Assembly: GCF_009914755.1 (NCBI RefSeq)
Contig: NC_060947.1
Source of the DNA: the human T2T-CHM13v2.0 reference genome, Homo sapiens
Strand: one strand, 5' to 3'
Length of the DNA: 64,000 bases
Part shown: piece by piece, positions 28,401-42,207 of the stretch
Numbering within the stretch: position 1 is the first letter of the stretch
How the letters are laid out: each line of letters opens with the position of its first letter
Made by a program: the position numbers and the translations under genes
Notes under the pieces: model-generated
Seen by the model: only the letters and a program-made list of their open reading frames with translations
What the model was told of the DNA's origin: nothing
Databases searched by the model: none

Positions 28401-30944
28401 AGAGGTCAAGTATGCATGTATGCTCTTTTTCCATCTGCAAGAGCATGGCTCAAGCTGGGTGAACAGTGAGGGCCATGTAGTCATGTACTCCCAGGCAGCA
28501 AGTGGTAGTGAGGCCTGAAGCCTGGGCAGGCCCTATAGGAGGACTCAGGCCACTGGGAGACATCAAGAAAGGCCTTGACAAGGTGTGTGTGCTCACATAC
28601 CACCTGTTTCCCTCAACAGCCCAGGCCTGGGGCCTGCCAGCTAAGATTTGCTGCTCGCATTGAGCCTCATAAATGAATAAAGTAGGTAATTTAATATCAT
28701 TGTGACAACTACAAGAGAGATTTTGCATGTCTGCTTTGCAGCATAAAGTTTCCTTAGAGCCAACTTTCAGACTTGGACAATTTCTATATTCTTTCCTACC
28801 TCTACCTCCCCAGAGAGGCAGGGATGTCAGACAGAAATTAAGAAAATTCTGAATTCCTCAGGAAGATTACTGTGTTTGGATTTTTTTGAAAGAATTGAAT
28901 GAACATTTTGTCAACATGGTATCAGGGGAAAGAGGAGTGGCATATTCAGCACTATCTTGCATCCTTGAGAAGATAAAGGCAGACTTTGAGCACGGAGGAT
29001 TCTTGTCTGTTGACCTCTACTCTAAGGCACCCCTGTGGACCTCTCCTCCACTCAATCTAAAGTGGATGTAAAAGTCTATCCTCATCTGGACAGGCCAAGT
29101 GGGCCCTCCATGCTGTCTTTCTCTAGCGTCATGCCCCGAGGCTCCAATGACTATATAAAGGGGCTGCTTCTCCAGCCCAAGCCCAGCAGCCCTAACCTCT
29201 CCCACTTTACACTGGCTCCTGTTTTCATCCTTCGTCCCTCCCAGCCACTTCCATGCCTTTGATAGCACATGGACTCAGCATCCTCAGAGTACATCAGTGC
29301 AGATCGTCAGATAGAGTGCCAGGGGGGTAAACATTTCAGTCATTCAGAACCCATTCCACTTGGAGCACATGGTATGTCAGGGACCCAGTCTATATTATCC
29401 CCAGGCGAAGTCTGGAACACAGAAATCCAGAGATTCCTAAACCCACCCAATAAACTTCCCCAGCCCTGACTGAGGTGTATTCCTATTTGCCCACCCTGTG
29501 CTCACCTACTGCCATCCCCCATCAACAGATATGCCAATCTTTTTTTTGGCCACTGTCTCCATAAGTGCCCCCTCTGTGCACATCATGGATTCCCTTCATG
29601 CTTGCTCTATTTCTCCCCACTGCTGCTAACCTCCTGACAGGGAAGTGGCACCCTTGGGCCACCAAAGTCCTTTAGATGAGCTGGATCCCCTCCTCCAAAC
29701 GGCTGCTAGTGGGACACTAGGAGGACTCAAGTCCAGCTGTATGAGTTTGTAAAAGGGCAGAGGCAAGAAGGCTTTTAAGCCAGTGTTGCCAAGATGAGTT
29801 TTGGTAAGTGGGGGTGTTTGGATGGGAGAAGAAGCTTAAGACAGATCCTTTCCCATTGGGATGAAGCTTTGAGCCAGCCAGCTTTCTTTGTGATATGTGA
29901 TGAGTTATATCACCCACCCAGGATAGAAGTTCCTGTTCATCCAGGTCCTCAGGACCAGAACAAGCTTCTCCAGGGCAAAATAAATCACAAAGAATCTCCT
30001 CAAGGGCCCAGGAAAGTGAATATTCAGTGGCAGTTGCTCCCTGACTAATGCTAACTAAAGTTAGCCCTGAGCTAGTACAACCTTCCATTCTTCAAGTGGG
30101 GAAATTGAGGCCCAGGCAGCTCATGTCTCCAGCTCTCCCCAGGGTTGAATGTAAGTCTCTTGATTCCCAGTCTTGTCTTTTCTCCACCCTACCACCTGAC
30201 CTGCCCTTGGACACATGGCTGCGAGGGCCAGCCTTCCTCAGCTTACCACTCTCAATATCACTTTGACAAGAATTCAGATTTCACAGCCGTATCAGCAGGA
30301 TGTTAAATGTTGCAGTGAAGCGTGGCTAAATGGTGACATCTCTAGCTTCATGGTGGTCAGCCTACAACTGAGAGGCTCAAGGTCAATAGCTGCAGGCCTG
30401 ACAGGTCCTGGATCCACATGCCAATGGCAGTGGAGACAGATTTACCACAGGGAGCCCTGCACCATCAGAATGGATGCCAGCGGCAGACCTTGTTTCTTTC
30501 CTTTGATATGCCAAAAGATTAAGTTTGAGCCCCTAAGGACTCTCTAGGGTATCTTGGGAACTTCCACCAGCCAGTAGTCAAAGTGCCCTTTAATCCAGCT
30601 GAGTGCATAACTAGGGAACTAGAGTGTTGTCTTGGGCTACAGCTGAGATGGGGCTCTAGCAAAAAGCCTGGTGTAAACTTACTCACTCTTCTAAAGCCCA
30701 AGCAGCCTCTGCACAGAGAGCAGCTAAGTAAAGATGAAGCCTCTTAGGCCACTGAACTGACTGTGATGTGATGATCTTGCCATCTCCTGGAAAGAGGGGG
30801 TTGTGGGCCCATCACAAGAAACAGCCCAAAGGAAGGGCCAACCTGTGGTGGTAGCCCCTGAGCTGCCCACAGGGTGCCAAGAGACACAGTGTCAGCATTT
30901 TCATCTATGTCGTTATCATTGTTGCAACCCCTCCCAGACAACTA

Positions 30945-31421
30945 CCTGACATTGAGTGCCTCCTGCATGCCAAGAATATTGTAAGCATTCACTCCTGTGT
31001 TGATTCTCACAAATACCCTGTGGGATTAGTATTATAATTAGGCCCATTTTATAGATAAAGAAAACAAAACTCAGAGAGGTAAAGTTACTCACCAAAGCCT
31101 TATGGCTGGTAAGCATGTGACAATGAGGTGAAGAAGCTGCCTCTTGTTCTTAAGGTGTTGCCAGTCATGTCTACAGAGTGTATGGAAATGGAATCAGTGT
31201 TTCTTTGTGGGGACTGGATTCAGTCTTGGTGATAAGAACTCCCATTTATTATCTACTATCTGCCAGGAGCTTTACATGATTATTCCATTTAATCCTCACA
31301 ATAGCCCTCTGAATATGCTATTATTATTATCTTCATTTTAGGGAGGAAAATGAGACTCCTAGAAGTTAAGCAACTTGAGCAAGGAATCACAGCTAATAAA
31401 AACAGAGCTGGGATTTGAACC
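30945..31421 (-). mobile_element. Two adjacent MIR fragments (about 30945-31115 and 31235-31421)
   Basis: cccattttatagataaagaaaac...ctcagagaggtaaagttact; tttaatcctcacaatagccct...gagctgggatttgaacc. Confidence 0.75.
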
Positions 31422-31428
31422 ACTAAGC

Positions 31429-33111
31429 CAGTGGCTCTCAAACTTTTTTCCTCAGATCCTTTATACTCTTGAAACTTATTGAGAGTAAATCTACAGAAAC
31501 AGAAATGAGATTAGTGGTTTCCAGGGACTGGGGAAAGAGCAGAAAGGGGAGTGACTCCTTAATGGTACGGGGCTTCCTTTTGGGGTGAAGGAAATGTGGA
31601 ACTACAGAGGCGATGGTTGCACAATATTGAGAATATACTTACTGCCACTGATTATACACTTTAAAGTAGTTAATTTTATGTCATGTGAATTTTACTTCAG
31701 AAAAAAAAATGATATAATGAGGTAAATCAACAACAATGACAAAAACTTATTGAGGCCTCCAAAGACCTTTTGTTTATGTGGGTCATATCTATTTATGTTA
31801 CCATATTAGAAAAAATATTAAAATATTTATTTATTTTGAAATTAAAATAATGAACTAATTACATGTAAATATAAATAGTATTTTTATGAAAATAGCTATA
31901 TTTTTCTAAACAAAAACTTGTATTGAAAAGAGTGGCATTATGTTACATTTTTGCAAATTTCTTTTATGTCTGGCTCGCTAGAAGACAGCTGGATTCTCAC
32001 ATCTACTTCTTTATTCAGTTGTGAGATGTTGTTTGGTTGAAGTACATGAAGAAAATCTGGCCTCACACTAATATGAAGTTGAGAAAGGGAGGAATATTTT
32101 AATAGACTTTTCAGATCATTGTGGACATTTGTCTTTGATAGGACACAAAAACTCCACCAATGGTTGTTTTTTACAGGTTAAGTGTAATGTGGGATGCAAA
32201 ACTTTATCAGTGAGCCTTCTCTACTTGGTTCCGTTGGACTCTCTTGTCTTTTGAATGGATTTTTTACCTATTTATTGTTTGGTAACATTGTGTATTGGTC
32301 GCTTTAAAAAATGGTGGTGCCCTGACTTATGGAGAGCCTCCATATGTTGACATATTTCATTCCACAACATCACAAGATCACATTTGTTAATATTATGACC
32401 CATCTCGTTGGAAAAAGCCTTTAACTGTTGAGAAGCTGTCAAGCTTACAGTGGTGGATACAAGCTTTTCAAAATTCAAATTTTTGCCTGAAGGCTCAAAT
32501 TTTATCATTGGCAAAAACTATAGTCAGTTGTTTTCCTTGAAGTGACAGGCTCACTTCGTTCATCTACAAGAAAATGTCTGCCAAATACCCAAGTCTGAGT
32601 AACATTAGTTAGTCATTCTTTCAAGTAAATATGATGTTCTATGAAAAATCGGCCAGTTTAGCTCACAACTCAAAACACGCAGTAGTGCTTTGCCTTGAGT
32701 CAACGACTACACTTTGATTCCAGCAGAACTGCTTTGAGCATAGTTCTCATTGTGTCTCACCAAATTTTAAAAATAAGGGGACTCAAGGGCTAGTATTTAA
32801 TAAAGTTAATTTTCACTGCTTCGCTAAGAACATTCGTAAGTGAAGCTGGCATTTTTTAAACTGCAGGTGTGTGGTGGTGAAGAATCCAATTGACAACTAG
32901 TACAGTTGGTGCCATGGTCCCAATTCATGCTCAGGAACCTGCTCTTTTCACCTACCTCTGCTTTTGCACCAGCAGTGCAAATGGAAAGCATGACAGTGGA
33001 ATATCAAAGAACATTTCAGTATTATTGGGAAAATAGTTTTCACCTTGAGGATCCTCTAAAAGGGTCTTGGAGACCTCCACGGGTCCACAGATCCTACTCT
33101 GAGAACCATTG
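31429..33111 (-). mobile_element. Charlie1 (Charlie1a-like) non-autonomous hAT DNA transposon
   Basis: TIRs cagtggctctcaaa / tgagaaccattg; the right end matches the Charlie1 5' consensus on the minus strand; about 1.4 kb after removing the nested L1. Confidence 0.85.
31484..31742 (+). mobile_element. L1MB 3' end nested in Charlie1
   Basis: L1MB 3' sequence; TSD aaacttattgag on both sides. Confidence 0.88.
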
Positions 33112-33119
33112 CACATGGC

Positions 33120-33910
<791 letters not shown>

Positions 33911-34994
33911 GAATTGCCCAGAATGTAAAACTTAAAAATGCTATGTGGCTGTGGCTGGTAATGCTCAAAGCCCATGGAGCATATTCTGACTTTTTTGAGT
34001 CCCCAAGGAATGTCACCATTGGAACCATTGGTACTAATATTTGTGCATGCTTCTTAAAAATGGTCTTATTTCAGGTGTAGGGGAAGAGTGTTACACATCT
34101 GAATTACTCCAACCCCAGGAACCTCAGCTCCCAGGTCTAGAAGAACCCTTGAGAGGGAGAAGCCCCCTGCCACCAAGCTTTATTGAAAGTACAATGTCTC
34201 TTGCCACTCCCCTGCCTCCCATTTTGCGGATGACATGGTTCATAGCCCTGCAGGAAGGATGGGTGCAGTACCTGAGAGCCCACAGCCAGGAAGTGGTGCC
34301 ACAGGTTGGACCTGAGGCCCAGATCCTTCCCTCCCAGTTTCTGTCATATGACTTGCAATTCAAACATGATCATGCTAATGGCTCCCATAGATCGCCCCAC
34401 ATTCTGTCCCTACATGCCCAGCCCAACCTGGACTGGAGGCTTTATCTCATTTAGGGCTCATCTTGGAACTCTGCAGAATCACAGCTGATGCCTGAAGAGA
34501 CGCACTTGTTTATTTTGAAGGCCAATTTAATTAGGATGCCTTTGGCCTCAACAGTTGTATCCTGATTTCCAGGAATTGCTCTCAATTTAGAGTTGCCAGC
34601 TCACAGCATTGTGTGCCAGCCCTTTGCCCACCTGCTGTGCTCCAACTTCTCTCTCCTCAGTGATCACATTGGCTGGCAGGGGTGTGGAGCAGGAAAAAGG
34701 AGGGAAGGGTGCTTCTCCAAGGAACCTACACAGGCTTGAGCATGGTTTAGTTGGAGGAGAGGACCCAGACCATGGAGACCAAGGGACCGTGAACCAGGGC
34801 CCAGAGAACATATAGGACAAGACACAGAGATGGGTGAGAATAGTCAACCTCTCTGTGTGAGTTGGTGCCGGGATGGGTGGCCAGATAAACAATCAGGGCC
34901 TTAGGCTGTATCTACAGGGGCCAAGTATTCAGAACAAGGGGGTGAGTGTGCTGCTTTCTTCTGCAGTTCAACGTGTAAGGTGTGGCTGTGGAGC

Positions 34995-35180
34995 CAATTG
35001 TGAGTTAGACTTTTGACGCTACCACTTATTACCTGTACGACTTTGGACCCCTCTGAGACTCAGATTGTCTTTGTCATATTTTCAGAGTACAGTAGTAGAA
35101 ACTATTTCAAAGTGCTGTTAGGAACAGTCAATGAGATACTAGGTGTCAAAGGTTTGGCACAGTGTCTAGTGGGCACAGCT
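34995..35180 (+). mobile_element. MIR
   Basis: ctaccacttattacctgtacgactttgg...ctctgagactcag...tggcacagtgtcta. Confidence 0.6.
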
Positions 35181-36289
35181 CCCCTATTCTCTGCTCTGTT
35201 CTGCTCTGGTCAGCTCTGGGCCTCACATGTTGAAAGGCCCTGATAAACTGAAACATATCTGAAGAAGGGAAGGCTGGGGGTGGAGGAGCAAAAGAATTTC
35301 TATTTGCCTGGTAGAAGAGAGGGCACCTCCTGATGTGGGTGGCCAGGTTCCTCAATGTGGGGCTCAGTTAGGATGGGGGTGGGGTGGCAGAAGTGACTGA
35401 GGTGCAGGCGCCAGTGCACAAGAGGAAAGAAGACTTCTCAAGAAGTCAGAAACATGCTACTATCTGTTGCTTCAGGAAGAAGGGAGATGGAGACTGAGGT
35501 TCCTTTAGATGGTGGCATACCAGGAGAGACTGGATGGCCACAGAGCAGGAATGTCACAGGAGCAGGAAACTTCAAGTGGCAACCACGTCCAGACCCAAGC
35601 CTCTGGGGTGTCTAGAGTGCAACTTTGTTCTGCGCCTAACCCAGACAATAAACTATAAAGTCTTTCTGCTCTGGCTTGGATTCCTGTAAGGGTTATGGGC
35701 CATTCCTGGGGACCCATGAGTCCCAGGCCACCCAAGGTGCCCCTGTTGAAATTGCAGAAGGGATATTGCCAGTGTGTTCACTCTAAGAGCAGGGAGCTGC
35801 AGTGGCCTCTCAGGCAGCCATGGGTATCCAAACTGGGAGAACCTCCTAAGATCCTCACTGAGCCTAAAAACCCCTAAGATCTTCTCCTTTTCCAGCTGAG
35901 GGGCCTGAGGCCTGTAGCGGGACAAGGCCTCCCAGTGCCATCTGGGAGTAGAGTCACACCCCATCCAATGCTCAGCCCTGCCTTGTGTCCAGGGACCCCA
36001 AGGGCTCATTCCCTTGACAAATGCCTGTGTCATGTAAATGTGTTAGGCCTGGCTCAGAGCTCAGCAGGCTTATCCAGACAATAGGAGCCTAGGGGCTGAG
36101 AGACAAGTCCCTGCCCTCCTCCATTACGTGCCTCACTTGCCAGGGGAACTTGAGGCCAGGCAGCCTCCTCCCCTCAGGCTCTCAGCCACTTTAGCTCTGA
36201 AAGGAGAAAGTGTCAGTCGATCCTGCCAAAGGCCACACTGCCCTGATAGCCAGACTTCTTGGAAGTCAGTGATCCATCAGTGGGAGTGT

Positions 36290-36796
36290 ATGTACTGGGG
36301 TGAAGGGTGGACCCCAAAAAGATATGTCCAAGCTTTAACCCTCAGAACCTCTGAACGTGACCTTATTTGGAAAAAAAAGAGGGTGGGGGGTCTTTACAGA
36401 TGTGATAAAGGTAAGGACATTGAGATGTGATAAGCCTGGATTATTCAGGTAGGCCCTAAATCCAATGGCAATTGTCCTTAGAAGAAAGGAGAAAGATGCA
36501 GAACAAAGCTGGGCACAGTGGCTCATACCTGTAATCCCAGCACTTTGGGAGGCCGAGGCGGGCAGATCACCTGAGGTTGGGAGTTCGAGACCAACCTGAC
36601 CAACATGGAGAAACCTCGTCTCTACTAAAAATACAAAATTAGCCAGGCGTGCTGGTGGGTGCCTGTAATCCCAGCTACTCGGGAGCCTGAGGCAGGAGAA
36701 TCGCTTGAACCCGGGAGTCAGAGGTTGCAGTGAGCCGAGATCACGCTATTGCACTCCAGCCTGGACAACAAGAGCGAAACTCCGTCTCAAAAAACA

Positions 36797-36827
<31 letters not shown>

Positions 36828-37080
36828 CAAAAACAGAGAATGCCATGTGAAGACAAAGGCAGAGACTGGAGTGATGCAGCCATAGCCAAGGATGCTGGCA
36901 ACATCCAGAAGCTGGAAGAGGCAAGGAAACAGTCTCCCCTAGAGCCTTCTAAGAGAGTACGGCCCTGCCAACACCTGGATCTCAGTCTTCTGGCTTCCAC
37001 AACTGTGAGACAATACATTTCTGTTGTTTTAAGTCATTTAGTTTGTGGTAACTTGTTACAGCAGCCTCAGGAAACATACA
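36290..37080 (+). mobile_element. MLT1 solo LTR split by an AluSp
   Basis: gaccttatttggaaa...gccatgtgaagacaaaggcagagactggagtgatgcagcc...gttacagcagcctcaggaaacataca. Confidence 0.9.
36508..36834 (+). mobile_element. AluSp/Sq
   Basis: ctgaccaacatggagaaacc and caacaagagcgaaactcc diagnostics; (caaaa)n tail. Confidence 0.93.
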
Positions 37081-37689
37081 GTGGACCACACTGCTCCCAA
37101 GACCCTGACCCTGTGAGCCATCCAAGGGCCTAAACCCTGCCAGGTAGCACCCAGGGAACTTCTAGTGACTCACTCAAGGTCAAGGCGGCATGATTGGCTC
37201 CATTCCTTGTCAGACCTGCTCAGGGCCCATGAGCTTCAGGCTTTGGACTTAACCGCATTAGAAGGTGAGGCTGTCAAGTGAAGCCTATGAATTGATAGCA
37301 ATTTGATTAATTAAAACAAACCTGCCCAGAGTCAGAGCAGACAGCAATATGGACATCAAGTGTGCAGCACTAGGATACACCTGCCTGAGCTGCTCCTTCC
37401 CTTTATGTTTGACTAGGGCTGGGGGCTGCGGTAATTTGTATTTAAGAAAAGGAAATACATCAGGGTTATGAGTAGTAATTTCCCTTCACCTCCACTCTGC
37501 CTGGCCCAGTGGTTTCCGGAAGATGGCCAATCGAATCAGAAAAGGAAGAATTGCAGTCATTGTGTAGACATCCAGGGTCCCCAGAAGCAGAAAGCAACCT
37601 GGCCTGAAACTAGCTTCTGCTGGGGATGCTTAACCTGAAATCCTCTGCCAGGTCTGGGCTGGTGGGGTAGGGGTAGTTGATGAGGCTAT

Positions 37690-37850
37690 TGCCTATGGTT
37701 CCTTCTGACCTTGGGTTCTTGAAATGTCCCTTCTCCTCTCTAGGCCTTAGCTTCCTCTTCTTTAGATGGGAAGATTATCCTTCTCCAGAGCAGTTGTGGG
37801 GATCAGTGTTCCATCATGCACACTGGGTAAGCATTCTGTAAGCCAGGACA
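37690..37850 (+). mobile_element. MIR fragment
   Basis: ctctctaggccttagcttcctcttctttagatggg...cagttgtggggatc. Confidence 0.55.
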
Positions 37851-39350
37851 GTTTGGACAGGATAGTGCTTTCCGCCTGGAGGAAGGAGTGCTGAGGAGGA
37901 GGAGGCAGAAGAAAGGTAGGTGCCTTCCTGGGTCTTTTTCTAGGAGCAAGGTGACTCTGTCCTGAGAGAGGACATTCCAGCAGTCCAGGGAGGTTTCATT
38001 TGGCTGCAGAGCCCCTGATCCCAGACAACCTCCCAGAAAGCCACTAATGGCAATGGCTGGTCCCAGCAAGACAAGGGATATCTCAGGTGCCGCACCAGCT
38101 CATTGATGATGGCTGACAGCAGCTCATGCTCATATCTCTTGCCCTGTGCCTATGCTTTTTGAATTCTGCTGTGCTGGGCCATAGTCCCTGCCCAATGCAT
38201 AGTAGTAGCAGACGCATGCTCTCCAGGGACCCTTGCCTAGCCCCACTGGTGTCCTCTTTGCCTGAGATCAGGTGCCTCCTGTGTAGCAGGAAGTATGCAG
38301 CAAGTGGGACCAGACCCTGACCATGAGAGCCACACTCATGGCCATGATATCCTCCATAGGCCACTGATGACTTAGATGTCCCCTTCGATGGGAGAAGAAA
38401 ATCTGGGGTGGAGGGGCAAGCCACCAGCAAAAGGTAGTAAGTCAGAGCTGCCAAAGAGCCAGTAGCCCCTGGGCTGTCTTCATACAGGCTCAGTTCTGAA
38501 AACAATAGCCCTGAACCCTCTTGGTCTAGTCACTCCAGTGACTATGATTCAAAAACAACTGGCAGTTGGTGGTGTACTCCGGGCAGTAAAAGCAGTCAAA
38601 ACCACAGAAGTTGCCCTGGAGCTTCAGAGTGACCTCTTAGCACCACTTCTCATATGCTTTTAAAATTCTAATTATATTATTCACAGCTCCTCAATGGCTC
38701 TTTACTCCTAAGCATTCAGAGGCTCCTATAGAGGTAGAGATGGCAGAAGGGGCCATGAAGGGTTCTGACAGGAGGTGACTTGGTCCACACTTAGTTTGGA
38801 GGGATTTACTGGGAGCCATTCAGGCGGCCTGCAGGCAAGGGCCTGGAGCCGCTGGAGACCCTGGGCGTGGTGTGGTTTACAAATCCAATACAGAGATGAG
38901 CAGATTGTGCTTCTGGGTGGTGGCCTGCCTGTGAGGGGAGGGAAGGTGGCCTTGGCCAGAGTCTGGACAGCCTGAGGCCTTCTTGCAGCTGCTCCTCCAC
39001 CTCCCCATCTCCCAAAGCTGCCGTTGGCCTAATATCCTGTTCTCTGCCCAGAGACTAGCCCCCTGTGAGGAGAGCTATGTGAGGACAGCGTCTCTGTTGG
39101 AGTCTGGGCCTGGGGGCCCAAGGTTTGGCCCAACTCTGCCTTCTTCCCTGGAGATACCCATTCTTGCAGCCCCCTCTCCCCTGAGTCCACAGTGGCCACA
39201 TATTTGGATTCTAGCCCACAATTCAACCTTCCATCAAGAGGAGGGAGCAGTGTCTAGCAGCTGCAAAGCTCCCAAGGGCAGGCCAAGGCTAGGAGGCCTC
39301 AGGTTGCTGGGCCTGGGGAACCCAGGTTTGTGAAAATGCCCCCACCCTAC

Positions 39351-39657
39351 CTGTTGTCAGCCTTGTCACTCCCTCTGGGGGTCCCTCAAGCTACAAAGCT
39401 CTCTTTGGATGTTTCTGGTCTTCTGTGTGCCTGCTCGGCACTAGATCAGAATGGCTCTCTACAAAGCAGCTTCTCTCCTGTAGCTGCCTCTGCCAGCCTC
39501 CCCCTGACCCTGGGAATTTGTGTTCTCTCCAGCTTTTTCTCACAGTTTTTTGCCCTAAGACTGGCTCATCTTTGTGGAGTTGCCTTCCCGGGGGCATGGT
39601 TGGAGCTTGGCAGAGCAGCCATGGCTTGAAGCCAGCAGGTCTAGTGGAGTTTCTCCT
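39351..39657 (-). other. Candidate spliced exon (307 nt) containing GCCATGG
   Basis: Acceptor tcttcctgttctttatggcag|, donor CAG|gtaggg; frame from ATG 39622 has three TGA stops. Confidence 0.3.
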
Positions 39658-40424
39658 CTGCCATAAAGAACAGGAAGACTGTTGCAAAGATCCCTTTCTG
39701 TACAGCCTCTCACTTAAGCATCATTGAAATCCTAAGTCAGATACTAATGGGATTCTCATTTCATGGAGGAGCAGACCACGCCTGAGAGAGGGTGGCTGGA
39801 CTGCCCAAGATGGTGCGGAGGTAGAAATGGATGGGGAACCCAGAGCCTTCAAACTCCCAACCACATCAAGGTGCTGCTTAGCTCCCCTCTGGGAACACAG
39901 CCCTCAACAAAGAGTGGGCCTCCTCCCTGCTCTAAACAAAAACCCAGCAGATGGTGGAGCAGGTTTGCTGGAAGCCTCAGCTTAGGCCTCAGTCCATTAG
40001 GACCACCCTAAATGGGGAGGTGATGTCTTTGGGTGCATATTGCAGAATGTGTGGCAACTCCAGTAGAAGAAACTCTGAGCTCAGTAGCACAGGTGGCCCT
40101 ATCCTCAGGCCCTCTACAGTGCTGCAGCCACAAGCGCCCAGCGCTCCACTCCCAGTAGACCCTGCCCCTGGGCCTGCCACCATTCTCCATGGCTGACAGG
40201 CTGAAGGCTGAGCTTCTAAGCCACCCTGCCCCACAGTATGTCCCACTACTCCCACTGGGTGGGTACCCAGGATAGGTGTTCAGGGAACAGAAAGTGAGCT
40301 TATTCCTCCTTCAAGGAACTTTTTGGAACTTGCCCAGTGAAAACTGTTCAGAATTCTGAAGAATTCTAGAATTCTAGTACCAAAGTCTGGGAAATGGACA
40401 GGGCCCTCAGAGCAGCTTGTGCAG

Positions 40425-40610
40425 ATTCTCCAAGGCGGGCTGAGCATCAGGGGCACTGGGGCTGCTGAATACACTGCAGATTTCCTGGGCTCCATGCCAG
40501 AGCCACTAAATCAGAATCTCAGGGTCGGAGCAGGGGTGGGAGTGTAGCCAGCTGCATTTTTGAAAGGGATCCACAGGTGGTTCAGATAGACTCTACAGGT
40601 TGGGGAAGTG
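40425..40610. mobile_element. MER5-like MITE
   Basis: tgcagatttcctgggctcca...actaaatcagaatctc...ctgcatttttt...caggtggttc. Confidence 0.65.
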
Positions 40611-40989
40611 AAGGCCCCAGATCACACATTGAGTCATCACAGACTGGGACCGGAACTGTGGTCCCTGCCTCCCACTGTGGGGCTCTCTCTCCTATGTCAT
40701 CAGACCTAGCTGGCTGTCAAGGCTGCCAAGGCTGAGGAGCTATGTCCATGAGTCACTTGCTGACAACACTCATCCTGCCTTGAGGGCATGAGTCATAGCA
40801 GACCACAGCTGAGGATGGGCAGCTCCAAAGATGTCAATGGGAGACGGTGGGGATGCCTCATCTATCCTGCTGTCCTAATACTGGGTGCTCGGTGCCCTGG
40901 AGCAGGAAGAGTCCCAAGATGGAACCGCCAGTGCCTCTTGGGCAAGAGAGCCCAGTCTTTCAGAAGGAAACCTGCACAACTTCAGTTCA

Positions 40990-41338
40990 GTCTTCCATCT
41001 GGTGCTGTGGATCCAAACATACTGTTTTTCCAGCCCTCAGCCAGGAACCGGAGTCACTCCAGTGAACGGGCCAGATGCAGCACCTGCCCTCAGGAAACTG
41101 CAAGAAGCAAGAAGCCCATCACTGGGATGAGGCGCACCAAGGGGCAGTGCAAGATGATGCTCTGGGCATGCCAGTAGGGGCTCAGCCAAAAGATGGAGGG
41201 GAGCACGGAGGCCACTCGCAGGCAGAAGGAACTGTGTGTGCACATGAGGAAGGGGAGGCCCAGGTGGCTGGTGCCAGAGTGGAAGTGGAGGGCCAGGGAC
41301 CATTCAGTGCGGCCGGGAGTGGGGCAGGGCCTTGGAGG
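40990..41338 (-). pseudogene. Coding-like remnant of an unidentified hydrophobic (membrane?) protein
   Basis: Strong third-position GC bias (58 of 65 codons in 41302-41108 by hand count); WSLALHFHSGTSHLGLPFLMC...LVRLIPVMGFLLLAVS*GQVLHLARSLE*LRFLAEGW. Confidence 0.4.
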
Positions 41339-41369
41339 CCCAGTAAGGATGCTTTGTTTTTTTTTTCAG

Positions 41370-42207
41370 AAACATGGAAAAAGGGCCGATAGGTATGTGA
41401 AAAGATGCACAACATCACTAGTCATTAGGTAAATGCAAATGATAGCCACAATGAGATACCACCTCACACCCACTAGGGTAAAAAAAAAAAAAAAAAAAAA
41501 GAACAACACATGCACAGAAAATAACAAGTGTTGGCAAGGATGTACAGAAATTGGAACGCTTGTACATTGCTAGTGGGAATGCAAAATGGTACAGCCACTG
41601 GGAAAACAGTTTGGCAGTTCCTCAGAAAAACATAGGATGACTATATGACCCAGGAATTCCACTCCTGGGTACATACATAGCCAAGAGAATTGGAAACAGT
41701 TTTCCCCACAATGAATGTCTATCACAGATTCACGATAGCCAAAAGGTAGGGACAACCTAAAATGTCCATTGATGACGAATGGATAAACAAAATGCACTAT
41801 GTCCACATAATGGAATATCAATTCAGCAATAAAGAAGAATAAAGTACTGATCCATGCTACAACACTGATGAACCTCAGAAACATGATGCTAAGTGAAAGA
41901 AGCCAGTCACAAAAGACCACATGTTGTATAACTCCATTTATATGAAATATCCAGAATAGGCAAATCCACAGAGGCAGAAAGCAGATTAATGGTTGTCAGG
42001 AGCTTGGAGAAGGAAAAATGGGAGAGTGACTGCTTAATGGGTATAGGCTTTCTTTTGGGGGTGATAAAAGTGTTCTGCAATTACATGGTGATTGTTGCAT
42101 AATGTTGTCAATGTAATTAATGCCTAAGTATACTGAATTGTACACTAAAAATATGAACTGACAAATTTTATCACACACAGAGACACACACATATACCACA
42201 ATAAAAA
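41370..42207 (+). mobile_element. L1MB/L1ME 3' end
   Basis: aaaagatgcacaacatcactagtcattagg...atgctaagtgaaagaagccagtcacaaaagacc...actgaattgtacact. Confidence 0.9.

Noticed and set aside
40349-40378. Three AGAATTCT palindromes as a heat-shock element
   Set aside because: Spacing does not fit three contiguous alternating nGAAn units; likely a local micro-duplication
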